Assembly (NCBI GenBank): GCA_045646345.1
Contig: JAZRKN010000001.1
Location: 192,001-256,000, forward strand
Reading direction: 5' to 3'
Origin: Candidatus Scatovivens sp.
GTDB taxonomy: Bacteria > Bacillota > Clostridia > TANB77 > CAG-508
DNA length: 64,000 nucleotides
Shown: positions 59,017 through 64,000 of the stretch, piece after piece
How positions within the stretch are numbered: position 1 is the stretch's first letter
How the letters are laid out: every line of letters starts with the position of its first letter
The notes under the pieces: generated by a model
Database searches by the model: none
Told to the model about the DNA's origin: nothing
Seen by the model: only the letters and a program-made list of their open reading frames with translations
Program-made: the position numbers and the translations under genes

Positions 59017-61557
59017 TTATCTCCTACTAAATTTTTTCTCTAAATCAGTTTTTGTCATTTTTATTGCTGTTGGTCTTCCATGTGGACAAGTAAATGGATT
59101 TGGAAGTTCTAAAAGTTGAGCCATTAAAATAGCAACTTCTTGGTCATCCAATTTCATTTTCGCTTTTACTGCAGCTTTACATGCAATTGTCGCAATAAAT
59201 TTATCTTCTTTTTCTTGTCTAGCTGTAACAGCAACAGTATCAATTTCATCTAATATGTCTAAGAATAATTGTTTCGTATTCATATCCTCACACATACTAG
59301 GAACTGACATTAATTTTATTGTGTTTTCGCCAAACTCTTCAAAAGAGAATCCAGCTCTATTAAACATATTAACATTTTCTTTTGCTATTATCATTTCTTT
59401 ATGTGTTAATGATATAACATCTGGTAAAAGTAAAAATTGCTCATCTCTTTCACCTTCATCATAATAATTAGCTTTTACTTTTTCATACATAATTCTTTCA
59501 TGAGCCGCATGTTGATCAATAATATACATTTCATTTTTAATTTCTACTATTATATATGTAGAAAAAGCGATACCTAAAAATTTATATGGTATTTCTGGAC
59601 ATTCTTCTGGTTGATTTTCAAAAACACTTTCATTTTCTGTTGCATAAGAAAAATCATTAGTAGCATTAAGCTTTTCTTTTTGTAAATTTTCTAATTCTTT
59701 TTCTTTTCTTACATTAAATGGATCTATTCCAAATGTCTTTTTATACATCTCATCAAATTCTGGGTTTTCTTCATATTCAACAACAGGTGTTTTTTCTTCA
59801 ACCACTTGGTTTGCTTCTTTTAAAGCTTCTCTCACCTTATTTGTATCAATCATTTGTGTATTATCAAAATTTAATTTTGCTTCAACCAATTTTTCTGCAA
59901 TTGATGCAAATCCTGTTATTTCTTTTTCTTCAGCTACATTTAATTCTGGCACAGTATTATCTATAATAACAGTATTTTGAGCCATATTTAAATTCAAACC
60001 TTCTTCTGGTGCAATTACAGTTTCTTGTTTTAATTTTTCTTCTTCTAAATCTATTATTTGAGTTTTGTCAAAAGATTCTTCATCATATTTCACATCTGAA
60101 GTATTTATAATTTGTGTTAATTGTTTTTCAGTAAATTTTGTTGATAACATTTCTGTTGTAGCATCTTTTATAAATTCATTTACTACATTCACATCAATCT
60201 CTTTTGTATCACTTGAAATTACAGTATCTCCAAAACTCACTCTCTTATCTACAACATCATCATTTATTGTTTTGATACTTTCTGTATCATATTTTGAATT
60301 TGTTTCAGAAACATATGATGGTGTTTCAATATTTATTTTATTTTCAAAACTATTAATAGTATTGGCAACTCCAGCTTCGAATCCATTGTTATTTTGTAAT
60401 TCTTGTCTATATTTAAAAATATCAGCTAATGTATTATTATTTAATTCTTCATCAGTTTCATCTGGTTCTTTTATAATTTTTTGGAATAAACCTGAAAAAA
60501 CATTTGATTTTTCTTCTTTAGAATCTAATGAATATTCTTTACCTTCATTTTCAACATTTTCAACCAATTCTGATTTTGCCAAACTTGATTTAATAGCATG
60601 ATATACAGCTTTAAATACTTTTGACTCTTCTTCAAATCTAACTTCTAATTTTGCTGGATGAACGTTAACATCAACAAGTTTTGGATCCATATCTAAGTTT
60701 AATACTATAAATCCATATCTTCCTATTGGAATCATACCTTTGTAAGCTTGATCAGCTGCAGCTGTTAAATTTTTATCTTTAATATATCTTCCATTTAAGA
60801 AGAATAATTGATTTGCTCTATTTCCTCTTGCTATAACCGGTTTTCCTATAACTCCGCTTATTCTTATATCTTCATAATTATAATCAATTTCAATTATTTC
60901 TGTAGCTACATCTTTTCCATAAATACTATATATAACAGTTTTCAAATCACCATTTCCATTTGTTTGAACTATAGTTTTTCCATTACTAATTAATTTAAAA
61001 GCTATATCTTTATTTACAAGAGCAATTCTTGTAACAACATCTTCAATATATCCAGCTTCTGTATAATCTTTTTTCAAGAATTTGTATCTAACTGGTGTAT
61101 TATAGAATAAATTTTGTACAGTAATTGTTGTTCCCACATTTCTAGCAGCTTCAGAAAATTCTAATATTTTTCCACCTTCTACTACTATCTTGTGAGCAAC
61201 ATCTGTATTTACTTTCTTTGAAATCATTTCAACTTTTGCAATTGCAGCAATACTTGCTAAAGCTTCACCTCTAAACCCCATTGATTTAACTGTTTCTAAA
61301 TCTTCAGCTCTTCTTATCTTACTTGTTGCATGTCGTTCAAATGCAATTTCCATATCATCTTCTGCAATTCCGTGTCCATCATCAGTAATTTTAATTAAAG
61401 AAATTCCACCGTTTTTTATTTCAACAGTTATGTTTTTTGCTCCAGCATCTATTGAATTTTCTACCATTTCTTTTACAACAGAAGCAGGTCTTTCTATAAC
61501 CTCTCCAGCAGCAATTTTATTGATAGTTAAATCATCCAATAACACTATATTTCCCAT
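59017..61557 (-). CDS. mutL: DNA mismatch repair protein MutL with long acidic linker
   Basis: IAAGEVIERPASVVKE, GFRGEAL, DQHAAHER, ACK, CPHGRP; start ATG 61557 after AAGGAG. Confidence 0.96.
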   Translation of the reverse strand: MGNIVLLDDLTINKIAAGEVIERPASVVKEMVENSIDAGAKNITVEIKNGGISLIKITDDGHGIAEDDMEIAFERHATSKIRRAEDLETVKSMGFRGEALASIAAIAKVEMISKKVNTDVAHKIVVEGGKILEFSEAARNVGTTITVQNLFYNTPVRYKFLKKDYTEAGYIEDVVTRIALVNKDIAFKLISNGKTIVQTNGNGDLKTVIYSIYGKDVATEIIEIDYNYEDIRISGVIGKPVIARGNRANQLFFLNGRYIKDKNLTAAADQAYKGMIPIGRYGFIVLNLDMDPKLVDVNVHPAKLEVRFEEESKVFKAVYHAIKSSLAKSELVENVENEGKEYSLDSKEEKSNVFSGLFQKIIKEPDETDEELNNNTLADIFKYRQELQNNNGFEAGVANTINSFENKINIETPSYVSETNSKYDTESIKTINDDVVDKRVSFGDTVISSDTKEIDVNVVNEFIKDATTEMLSTKFTEKQLTQIINTSDVKYDEESFDKTQIIDLEEEKLKQETVIAPEEGLNLNMAQNTVIIDNTVPELNVAEEKEITGFASIAEKLVEAKLNFDNTQMIDTNKVREALKEANQVVEEKTPVVEYEENPEFDEMYKKTFGIDPFNVRKEKELENLQKEKLNATNDFSYATENESVFENQPEECPEIPYKFLGIAFSTYIIVEIKNEMYIIDQHAAHERIMYEKVKANYYDEGERDEQFLLLPDVISLTHKEMIIAKENVNMFNRAGFSFEEFGENTIKLMSVPSMCEDMNTKQLFLDILDEIDTVAVTARQEKEDKFIATIACKAAVKAKMKLDDQEVAILMAQLLELPNPFTCPHGRPTAIKMTKTDLEKKFSRR

Positions 61558-61817
61558 CTTTAATCTCCTTTTCTTAAGCACTTTTCAAGCATCTATATAA
61601 GTTTACTTATGTCATCATATCATATTTTTAAGAAATTATATCATTAAATTTATTTTTTGTATACTTTTTTAAAATATATTTTTTCTTCATTTTTTATTAA
61701 TAATTACTCCAAAAAATAACTCTTTTTTTCTAAGCTTAGTAACACTTATTTTTAAAATTCATAAGATATAACATACAAAAGATTTAAAAAAAAATATATT
61801 TTAAGGAGGATATTGTT

Positions 61818-61946
61818 ATGCCTGAAAACAGAGGTTGTGGATGTGGATTATTTGGAGGAGATAATGATTGTCTTTGGATTATAATCCTTTTAATTATACT
61901 TTTCTGCTGTTGTGGAAATAACGGTGGCGGCAGAGGTTGCTGCTAA
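61818..61946 (+). CDS. 42-aa Cys/Gly-rich single-TM peptide, probably sporulation-associated (not in ORF track)
   Basis: AAGGAGG RBS; MPENRGCGCGLFGGDNDCLWIIILLIILFCCCGNNGGGRGCC; terminator AAGAGCGCTT/AAGCGCTCTT follows. Confidence 0.75.
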   Translation: MPENRGCGCGLFGGDNDCLWIIILLIILFCCCGNNGGGRGCC

Positions 61947-62065
61947 AATTAAGAGCGCTTTTCAAGCGCTCTTTTTATAAAAAAATAAAACCTCCGATAT
62001 TTTCTTTTCAAAAAATATCAGAGGAGAAAAGCAAATTACCCTTTGCTTCTTTTCAAGAAAGTCAC

Positions 62066-63829
62066 TTATTTAGTTACACGTTCAATTAAAGCATTCAATT
62101 CTTCTTGCAATACTTCAGGAATATAGGTCAGTTTCGAATAGAAACTCTTGATTTCTTCGATTTCCTGAATCCAATGTTCTTTAGATACAGCAAAAAGTTC
62201 TTCTTTAACTTGTTCGGAAAGATTTAGTCCTTCAAAATCTACACTTTCAGGAACTATTCCAATCTCACACTCATTTGCCGATTCATTATTCTCACAGCGT
62301 GCTAAAATCCACTTAAGGACTCTAAAGTTTTCACCAAATCCAGGCCAAATGAATTTACCATTTTCATCTGTTCTAAACCAGTTAACGTTAAAGATTTTAG
62401 GAGCTTTATCACCAAGATATTCTCCCATCTCAATCCAATGTGCGAAATAATCCGACATGTTATAACCACAGAATGGAAGCATCGCCATCGGATCTCTTCT
62501 TGTAACACCAACCTTGCCGGTTGTAGCAGCAGTTGTTTCAGAACCCATAGAAGATCCTAAGAATACACCGTGATTCCAGTCAAAAGATTCCAAAACCAAA
62601 GGCATCAACTTAGCTCTTCTACCCCCAAAAATTATTGCTGAAATTGGCACACCATTCGGAGAATTAAAATCCTCATCAATACAAGGACAATTCATTGCCG
62701 GTGCTGTAAAACGCGAATTTGGATGTGCTCCAGTTGTAGTTTCTCGATCTACCCAAGGATTCCCCTTCCAATCCAAAAGATTTTCCGGTGCAACCTTAGT
62801 GAGAGATTCCCACCATACAGTATTGTCATCCATGTTTAACGCAACATTGGTAAAAATTGTATTCTTCTTTGTGGATTCAAGTGCATTAAAATTTGATTTT
62901 GCACTTGTTCCTGGTGCCACACCAAAGAATCCATATTCAGGATTGATTGCATACAATCTTCCATCAGGACCCTTTCTGAGCCATGCGATATCATCACCAA
63001 GCGTTGTTACCTCATATCCTTCATCAAGATATTTTTTTGGAGGCACCAACATCGCCAGATTGGTTTTACCGCATGCCGACGGAAATGCGGCCGCGACATA
63101 AACTTTCTCGCCTGAGGGTTTCTTTACCGCAAGAATCAGCATGTGCTCTGCAAGCCACATTTCATCTCTTGCAAGAACCGATGCAATTCTCAAAGAGAAA
63201 CATTTCTTTCCCTGAAGAACGTTACCACCATATTCTGAATTGAAGCTAAAAATCGCTTTGTCTTCAGGGAAATGGCAAATATAACGTTCCTTTGCATCAA
63301 GCGTTCCTACTGAATGAAGTCCTTTGATAAAGTCATCGCTTGTTCCAAGTTCTTCTAAAACCTTCAAGCCACACCGTGCCATAATGAGCATGCTGAGCAC
63401 AACGTATCGAGAGTCGGTAAGTTCAAAACCTATCTTAGAAAACGGAGAACCATAAGGTCCCATCATGTACGGAATGACATACATCGTCTTTCCTTTCATT
63501 GATCCATCAAATAAAATCTCCATCTTCTCATACATTTCTTGAGCAGGAGCCCAATTGTTTGTAGGACCAGCATTCACCTTATCACTGGTGCAGATAAACG
63601 TTCTGTCCTCCACACGAGCCACGTCACTCGGATCACTGCGTCTGAGATAACAACCAGGCATTTTTTCCTGATTTAATTCATGCAGTTCACCAGCTTCAAC
63701 AGCTTCTTTGGTCAGTTGTTGCCGTTGGTCTTCTGATCCATCTATAAGCACAACCTTTTCAGGCTTTGCCAGATGAATCATCTGTTCCAACCATTCTTTT
63801 GCTTTCATGCTTTTTACGTGTTCATTCAT
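62066..63829 (-). CDS. pckG: GTP-dependent phosphoenolpyruvate carboxykinase
   Basis: DVARVE, YGGN...GKKC, AAFPSACGKTNLAM, GDDIAW, NPEYGFFGVAPGT, RRDPMAMLPFCGYN. Confidence 0.95.
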   Translation of the reverse strand: MNEHVKSMKAKEWLEQMIHLAKPEKVVLIDGSEDQRQQLTKEAVEAGELHELNQEKMPGCYLRRSDPSDVARVEDRTFICTSDKVNAGPTNNWAPAQEMYEKMEILFDGSMKGKTMYVIPYMMGPYGSPFSKIGFELTDSRYVVLSMLIMARCGLKVLEELGTSDDFIKGLHSVGTLDAKERYICHFPEDKAIFSFNSEYGGNVLQGKKCFSLRIASVLARDEMWLAEHMLILAVKKPSGEKVYVAAAFPSACGKTNLAMLVPPKKYLDEGYEVTTLGDDIAWLRKGPDGRLYAINPEYGFFGVAPGTSAKSNFNALESTKKNTIFTNVALNMDDNTVWWESLTKVAPENLLDWKGNPWVDRETTTGAHPNSRFTAPAMNCPCIDEDFNSPNGVPISAIIFGGRRAKLMPLVLESFDWNHGVFLGSSMGSETTAATTGKVGVTRRDPMAMLPFCGYNMSDYFAHWIEMGEYLGDKAPKIFNVNWFRTDENGKFIWPGFGENFRVLKWILARCENNESANECEIGIVPESVDFEGLNLSEQVKEELFAVSKEHWIQEIEEIKSFYSKLTYIPEVLQEELNALIERVTK

Positions 63830-64000
63830 TTTAAGTCACTCCTTTTTTGTTTATTTACTGCATAGTTAAGCAGTATATTGTGTTCCAATGAATAACACGT
63901 TCACATTTTAGCATATTTTTACTCGAAATTCCACAAAAACGCTGATTTTTCATAGTTTATACACATTTTGCACACAAAAAAGCAGTGATTTTTCATCACT

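Noticed and set aside
63374-63376. Direct evidence for CGG reassignment
   Set aside because: This CGG falls at the Arg of the PEPCK M.IM.R.G motif, consistent with Arg. The gene looks foreign, so the question is not settled either way

Overview
Very AT-rich chromosomal segment of a Clostridia-type Firmicute. The pilin-like protein style and trimmed operons suggest an uncultured TANB77-like gut or rumen lineage (inference only). Almost all housekeeping genes are on the minus strand: double-domain thyX, a Lon-like protease, tsaE-tsaB-rimI, ylxM-ffh-rpsP-khpA-rimM-trmD-rplS, radA, ftsK, rsmD, divIVA, sepF, miaA, mutL and a GTP-dependent PEPCK. There are four tRNA genes: Asn, two identical Gly-TCC, and one Gly-type tRNA with an aberrant anticodon arm. 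Accessory content has three parts. (1) Self-contained, phage-like single-gene cassettes at 13.3-15.1 kb. One is missed by the ORF track because it has two in-frame TAG codons. (2) A five-gene locus at 15.2-20.1 kb with a SipW-type signal peptidase, which looks like a sortase-independent TasA-like pilus. (3) A 16.3-kb integrative mobilizable defence island (20298-36608) at the 3' end of the aberrant tRNA, with a 12-bp att duplication, MOBV relaxase, oriT and tyrosine integrase. Its cargo is Gabija and a Sau3AI-like R-M pair. An uncharacterised two-gene unit (925-aa repeat/HTH protein plus ParB-like protein) sits between R and M with its own promoter and is the best candidate here for an undescribed system. 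All calls come from reading motifs by eye; no database searches were run.
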